Shown here: piece by piece, positions 54,045 through 63,360 of the stretch | Position numbering within the stretch: the first letter of the stretch is position 1 | Layout: each line of letters begins with the position of its first letter | Assembly (NCBI GenBank): GCA_021816725.1 | Contig: JAKAXD010000001.1 | Location: 313,257-377,256 of the forward strand | From: Thermoplasmata archaeon | GTDB lineage: Archaea > Thermoplasmatota > Thermoplasmata > Thermoplasmatales > GCA-001856825 | Reading direction: 5' to 3' | Length of the DNA stretch: 64,000 nucleotides | The notes under the pieces: model-generated | Database searches by the model: none | Told to the model about the DNA's origin: nothing | Seen by the model: the letters and a program-made list of their open reading frames with translations, nothing else | Program-made: the position numbers and the translations under genes

Positions 54045-55898
54045 GTGTATGGAGTTAATGGAAAAATATTGTGGGTAAATTTGGAAGATGCGAGTTTTCG
54101 GGAGGAAGTGATCCCAGAGGAGATCTACAGGAAATATTTGGGAGGATATGGTCTTGGAGCTTATATATTAAACAGGGAGATGTCCGGGAGTGAAGACCCC
54201 TTAGGCCCAAAGAACATTCTTGGCGTTATGAGCGGTATATTCAATAGCCACGGCGTTCCCCTTGGAGGGAGGCTAGAGATTGTAGCGAAATCACCTGCTA
54301 CTGGCACATGGGGAGATGCAAACTGCGGGGGGAAATTCGGACCAGAATTGAAGAACAGCGGTTTTGATGCAATATTCTTCAGAGGGATTTCAAAGGACCC
54401 GGTTTACCTTAAGATAGTGGATGGCAGATACTCACTTGAGAGTGCAGCCGAAATATGGGGAAAGAACGCATACGTTACTGAAGACTATCTCAGGAAGGTA
54501 GAACCAAGGGGGCAGGCATTGGTAATAGGAGTTCCAGGAGAGAAAAAGTTGCTGATCTCTTCTATAATGAACGACTATGGAAGGGCTGCAGGCAGGTCAG
54601 GGCTGGGAGCCGTAATGGGTTCAAAGAAGGTGAAAGGAATAGTTGTAAGGGGAAGTGGAAAGATCGCTCCGTTTGACAGGGAAATGCTTGTTCAGACAAA
54701 TAAGGAGATACAGGTGATGTTCAACAAGAACATTGATTTAGCAAGACCATGGCAACTGTATGGCACTACCTCAATAACGGAATCTGCCCATCTGAACGGC
54801 GACACCCCAATAAAGAACTGGTCAGGTTACGGTCTCAGGGATTATGGGGAGGAAAATGCAAAGAAGATCAGCGACAAGGAGATTGCCAAGGACAAGCTGA
54901 GGTCATACGGCTGTGCGCAATGTACCCTTGCCTGCGGAGGTCATGTCAGGAGGAATACCAGGTACGGACCTATAGAAGGGCATAGGCTGGAATACGAAGG
55001 AACTGGTTCTTTTGGAGGCCTGAACCTGAATTCCGATCTCGATGCCATGGCCATGGCTTTTGAAATATGCAACAGGGAGGGGATAGACATCATTTCAGCT
55101 GGAGCTGTCATCGCATTTGCGAATGAGTGTTATGAAAAGGGGATACTCAAGGAGGAGGACATAGGGTTCAAGATAGGATTCGGGGACCCGGATGCAATTG
55201 TAAGGATGGTAAAACTGATTGCCGCTGGTGAAGGAATAGGAGGCATTCTTGGAATGGGGGCTGAGGTGGCATCCAAGGTGATTGGAAAATCCAGCGACAA
55301 GTTTGCAATGCACATTCACGGCCAGGACCTCCCGATGCACGACCCTAAACTCATGCCTAGTCTTGCAACTACATATATCGCTGACCCTACACCCGGAAGG
55401 CACACAGCAGGCGGAATAGGCTTTGACGAAGGGGGAACTTTGACATTACCGTTTGAATATGAAGGTTCCGGGACAAAAATAGATCGGTACGACTACGACA
55501 CGAAAGGAAAAATGCAGTCCCTCTCAACATATGGGATGCAGGTGATGAATGCTACTGGAATGTGCCAGTTCTCAACTGCCGTCTGGCCGAACAGCTACCC
55601 ATACCTAAAGCTAATGAAGGCAATTATGGGATGGGATATGACCGCTGATGAACTAATGGAGATAGGAAAGAGGATACAGGTTGCGAGGCATCTATTCAAC
55701 TACAAGGCAGGGGTAAACCCCTGGAATGTAACACCGCCAGGTAGGGTTGTAGGCAACCCGCCCCTTGTAGGGGGGCCTACTGGTGGAGTTTCTGTTGATT
55801 ACCGTAGACTCGTCAAGGACTATCTTGAGGAGGTCGGAATCGATCAAGATGGAAAGCCAAATGAAGAAGTTCTCAGACGGCTAGGAATAGAGGCCTAG
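54045..55898 (+). CDS. aor: Aldehyde:ferredoxin oxidoreductase family tungstopterin enzyme
   Basis: 617 aa. MYGVNGKILWVNLEDASFREEVIPEEIYRKYLGGYGLGAYIL (AOR N-domain), a Cys-rich stretch GCAQCTLACGG near the expected FeS region (ligand assignment not verified), and DPKLMPSLATTYIADPTPGRH. Confidence 0.9.
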   Translation: MYGVNGKILWVNLEDASFREEVIPEEIYRKYLGGYGLGAYILNREMSGSEDPLGPKNILGVMSGIFNSHGVPLGGRLEIVAKSPATGTWGDANCGGKFGPELKNSGFDAIFFRGISKDPVYLKIVDGRYSLESAAEIWGKNAYVTEDYLRKVEPRGQALVIGVPGEKKLLISSIMNDYGRAAGRSGLGAVMGSKKVKGIVVRGSGKIAPFDREMLVQTNKEIQVMFNKNIDLARPWQLYGTTSITESAHLNGDTPIKNWSGYGLRDYGEENAKKISDKEIAKDKLRSYGCAQCTLACGGHVRRNTRYGPIEGHRLEYEGTGSFGGLNLNSDLDAMAMAFEICNREGIDIISAGAVIAFANECYEKGILKEEDIGFKIGFGDPDAIVRMVKLIAAGEGIGGILGMGAEVASKVIGKSSDKFAMHIHGQDLPMHDPKLMPSLATTYIADPTPGRHTAGGIGFDEGGTLTLPFEYEGSGTKIDRYDYDTKGKMQSLSTYGMQVMNATGMCQFSTAVWPNSYPYLKLMKAIMGWDMTADELMEIGKRIQVARHLFNYKAGVNPWNVTPPGRVVGNPPLVGGPTGGVSVDYRRLVKDYLEEVGIDQDGKPNEEVLRRLGIEA

Positions 55899-56647
55899 AG
55901 AAAGAGCTCTGGTTCTGTCATCACTTCCGAGTAATTGAAAATTGGGCCATCCTCACACGCATATCTATGCCCCACGTTGCAGTGACCACAGACACCGATA
56001 CCACACTCCATGCGTCTCTCCAGAGAAATGAAAATTCTGTCCTCCCTGTATCCAAGACTGACTGCTTCCTTGACTGTGTTCTTCATCATCAAGGGAGGAC
56101 CTATGACGAACATCGCAGCCTTCCTGCTGAAATGGCTGTCTTTCAATAGGGTAGGTACAAATCCTACCTTCCCGTTCCACCTATCATCACCCCTGTCTAC
56201 TGTTAGATGGACGTCCACAGATTTCATCCATTCATTTATCTCCTTCTTGTAAACGATATCGGAGGGGGATCTGGCGCCATACATTAGCTCAATGTCCCCT
56301 TCCCTCTTCGCATCAATCATTTCCTCTATGAGACTTCTTATCGGGGGAATTCCAATTCCTCCCGCAACTGCTACAATTTCGTTGTATTCTTTCCAGGGCC
56401 ATTTGGAACCGTAGGGTCCCCTTACACCTATTCTCCCTTCCCCCATTGCTCTTGAAGTCACTGACCCTATGCTCCTAATGGTAAAAATTAAATTCCTTCC
56501 AAAACCGGAAGCAACTGAAATCGGTGCCTCACCTACACCTTGGACGGATAGCATGTAAAACTGACCCGACTTCCCCTCATTTTTTGCTCCAAGTTCCAGA
56601 GTGTATATTTCCGGTGCCTCGTCAATCCTTCTGGATACTGTGACCAT
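55895..56647 (-). CDS. FAD/NAD(P)-binding, [2Fe-2S] oxidoreductase subunit (sulfhydrogenase gamma / AsrB / PyrK-like)
   Basis: 250 aa. VAVAGGIGIPPIRSLI and C-terminal CGIGVCGHCNVG. Confidence 0.82.
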   Translation of the reverse strand: MVTVSRRIDEAPEIYTLELGAKNEGKSGQFYMLSVQGVGEAPISVASGFGRNLIFTIRSIGSVTSRAMGEGRIGVRGPYGSKWPWKEYNEIVAVAGGIGIPPIRSLIEEMIDAKREGDIELMYGARSPSDIVYKKEINEWMKSVDVHLTVDRGDDRWNGKVGFVPTLLKDSHFSRKAAMFVIGPPLMMKNTVKEAVSLGYREDRIFISLERRMECGIGVCGHCNVGHRYACEDGPIFNYSEVMTEPELFL

Positions 56648-56660
56648 TCTTGGAATGTAT

Positions 56661-57578
56661 TCATTCGTTTGAGTAGTCGTGAGTTATCACCTCCTTTATG
56701 TCTATTCCAACTGGGCAGTCTTCAACACACCTGTTGCAGCCTGTGCACAAGAATTCATCCTTTGACTTTTTGAAGTAAACAAACTTATGGTAAAACCTCT
56801 GACGTAGCCTCTCGTCTAAACCATTCCTGATGTTTCCTGCAGACGAAGACGTGAATCCGGAAAGGACGCAAGAATCCCATTCCCTTTTTCTTTCGTCGCC
56901 GTCATCATAGAGGTCGAAACAGTAACAAGTGGGGCAGGAGTAATTGCAGGCACCACAGGAGATGCATCGGGATGCGAACTCTTTCCATATAGGGGAATTC
57001 CACTTTATCCTGCTTTCCAGGCCATCGACTTTTAGAGGTGGCATCTCTGTGTTGAATTTACGCTTGAAGTCAGTGAAGTATGAACCATCATCATTCCTGC
57101 AGCCGTTGAAGTATTTGTCATACTTGTCAGATGCCATTATGTGGTAATCATTCCCCTCTCTCAATACCTGAATATCAAATTCATCAAGAACTGGTCCGCC
57201 GAACGAGGAACAGAATCCGCCCTCACAAGGGGTGTTGCATACATAGTTCACAAAGAGGGTCTTGTTCCGCCTCTCCGTATAAAAAGGATCTCTGTTAAGT
57301 ATCTGCCTGTCCATAAGATAGAATCCCTTTAGGTCGCAGCTCTTTATGCCAAATACAGCCTTCCTCTGCTGCTCCTCAAGGTACAAAACGTTCTCATTCC
57401 TTCTAATCAAGAATTCTTTCGGTGCGTATCTAGACCGATTTTCAGAGACCTCAGCAAGGCTGTGGACCCTATCGAATAGGACTTCCCCCTCTTTCTCCAC
57501 TGCTCCATATGTCTCAAAGTCCCCTGAAATTGCAGCAAAAACTCTTTCCATCTCCTCTTTGCTCAATATATAGTTCAA
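56661..57578 (-). CDS. 4Fe-4S cluster subunit (sulfhydrogenase beta / AsrA-like)
   Basis: 305 aa. CISCGACNYSCPTCYCFD and CTGCNRCVEDCPVGIDI. Confidence 0.8.
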   Translation of the reverse strand: MNYILSKEEMERVFAAISGDFETYGAVEKEGEVLFDRVHSLAEVSENRSRYAPKEFLIRRNENVLYLEEQQRKAVFGIKSCDLKGFYLMDRQILNRDPFYTERRNKTLFVNYVCNTPCEGGFCSSFGGPVLDEFDIQVLREGNDYHIMASDKYDKYFNGCRNDDGSYFTDFKRKFNTEMPPLKVDGLESRIKWNSPIWKEFASRCISCGACNYSCPTCYCFDLYDDGDERKREWDSCVLSGFTSSSAGNIRNGLDERLRQRFYHKFVYFKKSKDEFLCTGCNRCVEDCPVGIDIKEVITHDYSNE

Positions 57579-59587
57579 GCAAACACCCTCACTGCTACTA
57601 CCTTGAACTCTGGTATCTTCGAGAGCTTGTCAACTTGCTTTCCTACCAGCCTGTTTACTCTCGATTCATCGTAATGAAACGGTACAAACACGATGCCAGG
57701 GGGAACCTTCTCTGTTATCCTCGCCTTTGTCCTGATTGTTCCGTGTCTGGACTCAACGGTTACAGTCTGAGAATTCCTGATACCCAGTCTCCTTGCGTCA
57801 ACGGCATTTATCTCGACGTACGGCTCGGGAGACTCCCTTTCCAGTATGTCCGTCCTCCTGCTCATTGTTCCAGAATGGTAGTGGAAGTAATTCCTTCCTG
57901 TGGTCATTATCATATCGTATTTCTCATCGACGGATTCTGCAGGTGGTGCATAGACTACCGGGACGAACTTTGCCCTTCCGAGGGGGAAGGTCTTGGTGTG
58001 CAGGATTTCCGTCCCTTCCGGATTTTCTGCGTTTATAGGCCACTGCTTCCCTGTCGGGTAAATGTTCTCGTACGTTGCACCTGCATATCCAGGGATAGCC
58101 TGTCTTATTTCCTCGAAAATCTCTCTCGGTGATTCATACCCCTGGATGCCCGAAATCCTCTTTCCAATCTCATTGAGTATCCACCAGTCTGGTTTGGCCT
58201 CGCCTGGGCTTGGGTAAACTGCATTTACCTTCTGGATCCGCCTCTCAGTATTTGTAAAAGTTCCCTCCTTTTCCAGAGATGTTGAAGCGGGCAATACTAT
58301 GTCAGCCTCTCCTGCAGTGAGAGTCATGAATATATCCTGTACCACAAACAATTCTAGGTTGTGTATGGCGGTTTCAACGTCACTAACTGAAGCCTCTGTA
58401 ACTAGAGGATTTTCCCCCATAACATATATCGCCTTTACCCGTCCTTCAGCCGCTGCATCGAACATTTCTGAAAGGGCCAGCCCCTTGTTTCTTGGGAGCC
58501 TTTTATTCCACAGTTTTTCGAACCTTTCGACCCTTGGGGAGTCAACAGGCACGTACCCTGGGTACCACTCTGAAAGTACACCCATGTCTGATGATCCCTG
58601 GACGTTGTTCTGCCCCCTTAACGGGAATATGCCGGATCCCCTAACCCCAATGTTGCCTGTAAGCAATGCAAGATTTGAAACGGACATAACATTTTCCGTA
58701 CCGTGAATATGCTGAGTTATTCCCATTGCATATAATATCGACGTTGGCCTATCCCTTGCAATCAGCCTGGCAGCTCTTCTTAACTCCTCTGGCTTAATTC
58801 CTGTAATGCCTTCAGTTATCTCGGGGGAATGCTTATCTATAGCCTTCCTGAACTCCGGGAATCCCTCGGTTCTATCCGAAATGAACTTCTCATCCTCAAG
58901 GTGCTCTTCCAATATCACATACATTATTGAATCCAGGAGAGCTACGTCAGTGCCCGGGTTGAATTGGAGATGTATGGTAGCGAGCTCTGCGAGCTGGGTT
59001 CTTCTTGGGTCTGCGACAACAAGATTTTTCCCCTTCTTCCTCTCAGTTACCAACTTTGTCCCAATGATTGGATGTTGTTCTGTAGTGTTAGAGCCAATGA
59101 CAAAGTAGGTTCTCGATGCACTCAGGCTCTCTATCGAGCCGGTCGCTGCCCCTGCGCCAAGCGTTGTTATAAGTCCGAGGGCAGTTGGACTGTGGCAACT
59201 CCTAGCACAGTGGTCTACATTATTCGTTCCTACCACTCTAGCTATCTTTTGCATCAGGTAGTTCTCTTCATTTGTGCACTTAGCTGATGCCTGGAACGCT
59301 ATAGAATCCGGTCCATATTGCTTAATTATTTCAAGCAGCCTATCAGCTGTCTCATCCAGTGCTTCCTTCCAGGATGCCCTAACAAATTCTCCATCCCTCT
59401 TTATCATCGGATGTTTCAACCTGTCGCGAGAGAAATTGTATGAGAGACCTGAATAGCCCTTGATGCAAAGCTTTCCTGCATTCACAGGTGATCTAGAATA
59501 ACCAGTGACACGCTCCTCAGTACCCTGTTCATTGACGACGATCTGACATCCCGTTCCGCAATATGGGCAAACGGTAAGAACAGACAC
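57575..59587 (-). CDS. fdhA: Formate dehydrogenase catalytic subunit (molybdo/tungstopterin, Cys-type)
   Basis: 670 aa. N-terminal FeS CPYCGTGCQI. Active-site region NNVDHCARSCHSPT has Cys where FdhH-type enzymes carry Sec. 4-nt overlap with the downstream FeS subunit. Confidence 0.88.
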   Translation of the reverse strand: MSVLTVCPYCGTGCQIVVNEQGTEERVTGYSRSPVNAGKLCIKGYSGLSYNFSRDRLKHPMIKRDGEFVRASWKEALDETADRLLEIIKQYGPDSIAFQASAKCTNEENYLMQKIARVVGTNNVDHCARSCHSPTALGLITTLGAGAATGSIESLSASRTYFVIGSNTTEQHPIIGTKLVTERKKGKNLVVADPRRTQLAELATIHLQFNPGTDVALLDSIMYVILEEHLEDEKFISDRTEGFPEFRKAIDKHSPEITEGITGIKPEELRRAARLIARDRPTSILYAMGITQHIHGTENVMSVSNLALLTGNIGVRGSGIFPLRGQNNVQGSSDMGVLSEWYPGYVPVDSPRVERFEKLWNKRLPRNKGLALSEMFDAAAEGRVKAIYVMGENPLVTEASVSDVETAIHNLELFVVQDIFMTLTAGEADIVLPASTSLEKEGTFTNTERRIQKVNAVYPSPGEAKPDWWILNEIGKRISGIQGYESPREIFEEIRQAIPGYAGATYENIYPTGKQWPINAENPEGTEILHTKTFPLGRAKFVPVVYAPPAESVDEKYDMIMTTGRNYFHYHSGTMSRRTDILERESPEPYVEINAVDARRLGIRNSQTVTVESRHGTIRTKARITEKVPPGIVFVPFHYDESRVNRLVGKQVDKLSKIPEFKVVAVRVFA

Positions 59588-59788
59588 TATACTAAATCGC
59601 TTTACGCTATAAACACTTAACTAAGGTGTCCGTGGCCAGATGACAGGTCTAGGAACATCCTTGCTGTTTATTGACTGCTAATTGAACGGTTTCAAATATT
59701 GGATAACTTTCATAGTGAAAACACTTGAATCTGGAAATGAGCACTCTTTTCCATTATTTCACTGTCCTTTATAATAACAAAGATGCCA

Positions 59789-60346
59789 TCACACTTCCCT
59801 GCAACCGGCCAGTTTCCTTGCCATTTTTAGGTCTTCCACAGTGTTTACATTCAACAATTTTGAGCTGAACTCACTGTCCAGCACAATGTGTCTAAACCGT
59901 TTGCCTACAAATTCGTATATTCTCTTACTGCTGCGGGAGTAGCTTAGAAGATCATCGTATATCGAATCATTATATATTGCCAACAAGGGTTCCACCGTTC
60001 CATCAGGATTGATAGCGACAATTGGATCATTGTGGTAACTCCGGACAATTATCGATATTGTCTTTCTGTCAAGGAGAGGCAAATCTCCTCCTACCGCGAG
60101 AAATTCATCATATTCAGCAATAGCACTCAATAACGAATCTATGAGGGTCCCTTGAGTTCTGTCTCTTTCAATTTTGCAACCGCTTACGTCCAAATCAGAA
60201 TACTTTGAATATATCAGCGTATCGTTAAAAAATCCAGTACAAAGTAACGTGTCGTAGATTCTCTTTATCATTGGTTGACCACATATGTCCATCATGTGTT
60301 TTCCTGGAAGTCTTTCGCTCTGCTTGGCAAATATTACTGCCCTCAC
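59789..60346 (-). CDS. mobA: Molybdenum cofactor guanylyltransferase MobA
   Basis: From the GTG at 60346 the protein reads RAVIFAKQSERLPGKHMMDICGQPMIKRIY... then LAVGGDLPLL. The track's upstream extension (MKVKFLSWGLGF...) has no MobA counterpart. Confidence 0.72.
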   Translation of the reverse strand: MRAVIFAKQSERLPGKHMMDICGQPMIKRIYDTLLCTGFFNDTLIYSKYSDLDVSGCKIERDRTQGTLIDSLLSAIAEYDEFLAVGGDLPLLDRKTISIIVRSYHNDPIVAINPDGTVEPLLAIYNDSIYDDLLSYSRSSKRIYEFVGKRFRHIVLDSEFSSKLLNVNTVEDLKMARKLAGCREV

Positions 60347-60527
60347 ATTACCACTCTTAGGCTTTTTGAAGCAAGTCGGCCAATCACCGACTGATCCAAA
60401 TCCAAGTCCCCAAGACAGAAACTTTACTTTCATAATAAATTATTCGAGAACTGAGAAATGAATTCCTAGATGAAATGCTTCATTCAACCAGTGGATATTA
60501 TAATAGTAAGTTCACATTTAACGTCAG

Positions 60528-61976
60528 ATGACAACTGCCTTGAACAAGATAGATGACTGCAAATACGAAATACCAATGGATAGGGGAAAGGGAATGAATG
60601 TCCGGGGCATTGTCTACAGCAACGATGAATTGCTCAAGGGCATCAGAGATGATGAATCCCTGAACCAGGTTGTCAATGTTGCAAAATTACCAGGAATTGT
60701 CGGAGCCTCAATGGCTATGCCCGATATTCATCTGGGGTACGGCTTCCCAATTGGGGGTGTGGCAGCTTTCGACCTAGAAAATGGTATTATCAGTCCGGGA
60801 GGGGTTGGGTACGATATCAACTGCGGGGTTCGACTGATAAGAACATCCCTTAATTATGAGCAGACTAGAAATCAAATCAAGGATATTGTGAACGAGATAT
60901 TCCAGAATGTCCCATCTGGGGTTGGAAGGGAGGGGAAAATTAGCCTAAGTCAAAATAGCATGGAGGAATTCCTGAGCGACGGCGTGAAGCACGCGATCAG
61001 GGAAGGGTTCGGGTGGTCCAAAGACCCAGAAAGGATAGAGGAAGGGGGTTCGATCTCGTTCGCAGACAGGACCAAGGCATCGCAGAAAGCGAGAAATAGG
61101 GGCTTCCCGCAACTTGGTTCACTTGGTGCAGGCAATCACTTTCTTGAAATCCAGGCGGTTGAGATGATATATGATATAGATGTTGCAAGGAAATTCGGGT
61201 TGACTTCTGAAGGTCAAATCACCATAATGGTCCATACTGGGTCGAGAGGGTTTGGCCATCAGGTCGCAACAGATTACCTTGAGGAGATGGAGGAGGCAAT
61301 GAAAAAATATAACATAACGGTACCAGACAGGCAGCTTGCTTCTGCCCCTTTTTATTCCAAGGAAGCGCAAGATTACATAGGAGCTATGGGTGCTGCAGCA
61401 AATTTCAGTTATTCCAACAGGCAGATGATTACCCACTGGATCAGGGAAAGTTTTAAGAAAGTTCTAAGGAGAGACCCGGAAGAGATGGGAATGGACATCG
61501 TCTACGACGTGTCCCACAACATGGCAAAGATGGAAGAACATCTGGTAGACGGGAGGATGAAGAAGGTGTTGGTCCACAGGAAGGGTGCAACAAGAGCATT
61601 CCCTGCCGGTAGGAGGGAGCTTTCCAATCCTTTCCTCGAGACGGGACACCCTGTGTTGATACCGGGGACTATGGGAACAGCCTCATATGTTCTAGTTGGG
61701 ACGGAAAGAGCGCTCAAGGAAACTTATGGTTCAACCTGCCATGGCTCTGGAAGGGTAATGAGTAGAAGCAGGGCGGTGAGGCAATATACGAATCAGGCCG
61801 TAAGTGAAAGCCTTGCAGGAAAGGGAATATACGTCAGGGCTGCTACGAAGTATGTCCTCCAGGAAGAAGCACCGCTCGCTTACAAGGATGTTAACGAGGT
61901 AGTGAAATCGGTAGAGTGTGCAGGAATTTCAAGGATAGTCGCAAAACTTAGACCAATCGGAGTGATGAAAGGATAA
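60528..61976 (+). CDS. rtcB: RNA 3'-phosphate splicing ligase RtcB
   Basis: 482 aa. PDIHLGYGFPIGGV, GYDINCGVR, GAGNHFLEIQ, HTGSRGFGHQ, CHGSGR. Confidence 0.96.
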   Translation: MTTALNKIDDCKYEIPMDRGKGMNVRGIVYSNDELLKGIRDDESLNQVVNVAKLPGIVGASMAMPDIHLGYGFPIGGVAAFDLENGIISPGGVGYDINCGVRLIRTSLNYEQTRNQIKDIVNEIFQNVPSGVGREGKISLSQNSMEEFLSDGVKHAIREGFGWSKDPERIEEGGSISFADRTKASQKARNRGFPQLGSLGAGNHFLEIQAVEMIYDIDVARKFGLTSEGQITIMVHTGSRGFGHQVATDYLEEMEEAMKKYNITVPDRQLASAPFYSKEAQDYIGAMGAAANFSYSNRQMITHWIRESFKKVLRRDPEEMGMDIVYDVSHNMAKMEEHLVDGRMKKVLVHRKGATRAFPAGRRELSNPFLETGHPVLIPGTMGTASYVLVGTERALKETYGSTCHGSGRVMSRSRAVRQYTNQAVSESLAGKGIYVRAATKYVLQEEAPLAYKDVNEVVKSVECAGISRIVAKLRPIGVMKG

Positions 61977-62604
61977 GGATCAGGGCGTATGCAGCGCATA
62001 TGAACGACACCAGTGGGATCTTGTAGACCACCTTAGAACCCTTAACCCAATATTTGCTTGTATTCAATTGGGTTGAAGCGGAAGATCCTGGAGATCCCAG
62101 TGTTTTATTCCCTACATATTTGCTTTTGGCAAAGATGAATGATGAAGCCGTTCCCATAAGGCTCGCCATTAACACAACTGCCATTACCGGAGGAAAGAGG
62201 GAATCGAGCAAAGGAAGATGAGGATAGAATGGAAGCGTCACTGCCAATGTCTGCAGCACCTTCACATCCCCTCTTCCAAAGTTCTTTATGATTACACCAA
62301 ATGTTTTCACCAACAGTATGGAATAGGCTATGGATACTGTCAGTATCGACATTTCAAAGTAAAGCGGAACTATAAGTAAGGCATATGAAACAAATGAAAA
62401 CCTTTCCAAAAAGTATTCTGAAACAATCGGTATGATGAAAAACGCAAGCCAGAAGTTAAAGAAAACAAAATAAAAGAACAACAGCACATCAAGTGCAAGG
62501 AAGGTTATAGTTGTTATTTTCCTCTTTCTAAGGTCCTCCAATGCTGCATAAATCAGTACCATCAGTAGGATAACTGCAATGTAAGGATAGTTCCAAGGAA
62601 GCAT
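61948..62604 (-). CDS. A24-family aspartic peptidase (prepilin/preflagellin peptidase, FlaK/PibD-like)
   Basis: 218 aa polytopic. First catalytic Asp context AALEDLRKRKI and second in FGRGDVKVL (GxGD). Confidence 0.75.
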   Translation of the reverse strand: MLPWNYPYIAVILLMVLIYAALEDLRKRKITTITFLALDVLLFFYFVFFNFWLAFFIIPIVSEYFLERFSFVSYALLIVPLYFEMSILTVSIAYSILLVKTFGVIIKNFGRGDVKVLQTLAVTLPFYPHLPLLDSLFPPVMAVVLMASLMGTASSFIFAKSKYVGNKTLGSPGSSASTQLNTSKYWVKGSKVVYKIPLVSFICAAYALILILSSLRLV

Positions 62605-62610
62605 CCCGAG

Positions 62611-63360
62611 CTACCTCTTTGCATTTGCGAAGAACTCTATCTTTCCCGACTCCGTTCTCCTTGATACGCCAAATTCTGTCATCTTAAGTACTTCTTGCAG
62701 CTCGAAAATTGTTCCATCCTTGCATACCCTGATGCCGTTTATGCTGCAACTGTCACATATGCCAACACCGCACTTCATCAATCGCTCAAGTGAGAAGAAT
62801 ATCTTTGCCTTCGCCTTCTTGTCTATCCTGTCTATAAGTGACTTCACCATGGGTTCTGGTCCACAGACGAATACATAATTGTATTCACTTAAGTGAGGAA
62901 CGAATAGATCGACCACCGTTCCCTTGAAACCCAGAGAGCCATCATCTGTAGCGACCTTGTACTCATCCCTTATCAAGAACAGGTCGTCCTTTGTCCTCGC
63001 TCCGGCAAATACGTCTCCGTCGTACTTCAATATCATCGAATTTAGCGATGCCAGACCCGTTCCGCCCCCAACATATGCAACCTTCCCAGTTGGTTTTGGG
63101 TAGCTGTTGCCGTAAGGTCCCCTGAAAAATATTCTGTCCCCGGGCTTTAAGGTTGCAAGTGTTCTGGTAGTTTCTCCAAAGGTTCTGAACGTTATTGCTA
63201 GGGGGTTTGAAGTACTTGACAGGGACATGGGTATTTCCTTCCCACCGGGAACCCAGATCATGATGAACTGGCCAGGTTCTGCGGAAATTTTCGAATCAAA
63301 TACCAACGTAAATACGTCTTTATTATCTCTCTTAATACTAATCACCTTTGCGTGCAGCAT
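62611..63360 (-). CDS. pyrK: Dihydroorotate dehydrogenase electron-transfer subunit
   Basis: 249 aa. VAYVGGGTGLASL and C-terminal [2Fe-2S] CGVGICDSCSINGIRVCKDG. Confidence 0.92.
   Translation of the reverse strand: MLHAKVISIKRDNKDVFTLVFDSKISAEPGQFIMIWVPGGKEIPMSLSSTSNPLAITFRTFGETTRTLATLKPGDRIFFRGPYGNSYPKPTGKVAYVGGGTGLASLNSMILKYDGDVFAGARTKDDLFLIRDEYKVATDDGSLGFKGTVVDLFVPHLSEYNYVFVCGPEPMVKSLIDRIDKKAKAKIFFSLERLMKCGVGICDSCSINGIRVCKDGTIFELQEVLKMTEFGVSRRTESGKIEFFANAKR

Noticed and set aside
59195-59197. Possible selenocysteine (in-frame TGA) in formate dehydrogenase
   Set aside because: The position is an ordinary Cys codon within an uninterrupted ORF, so no recoding is needed.
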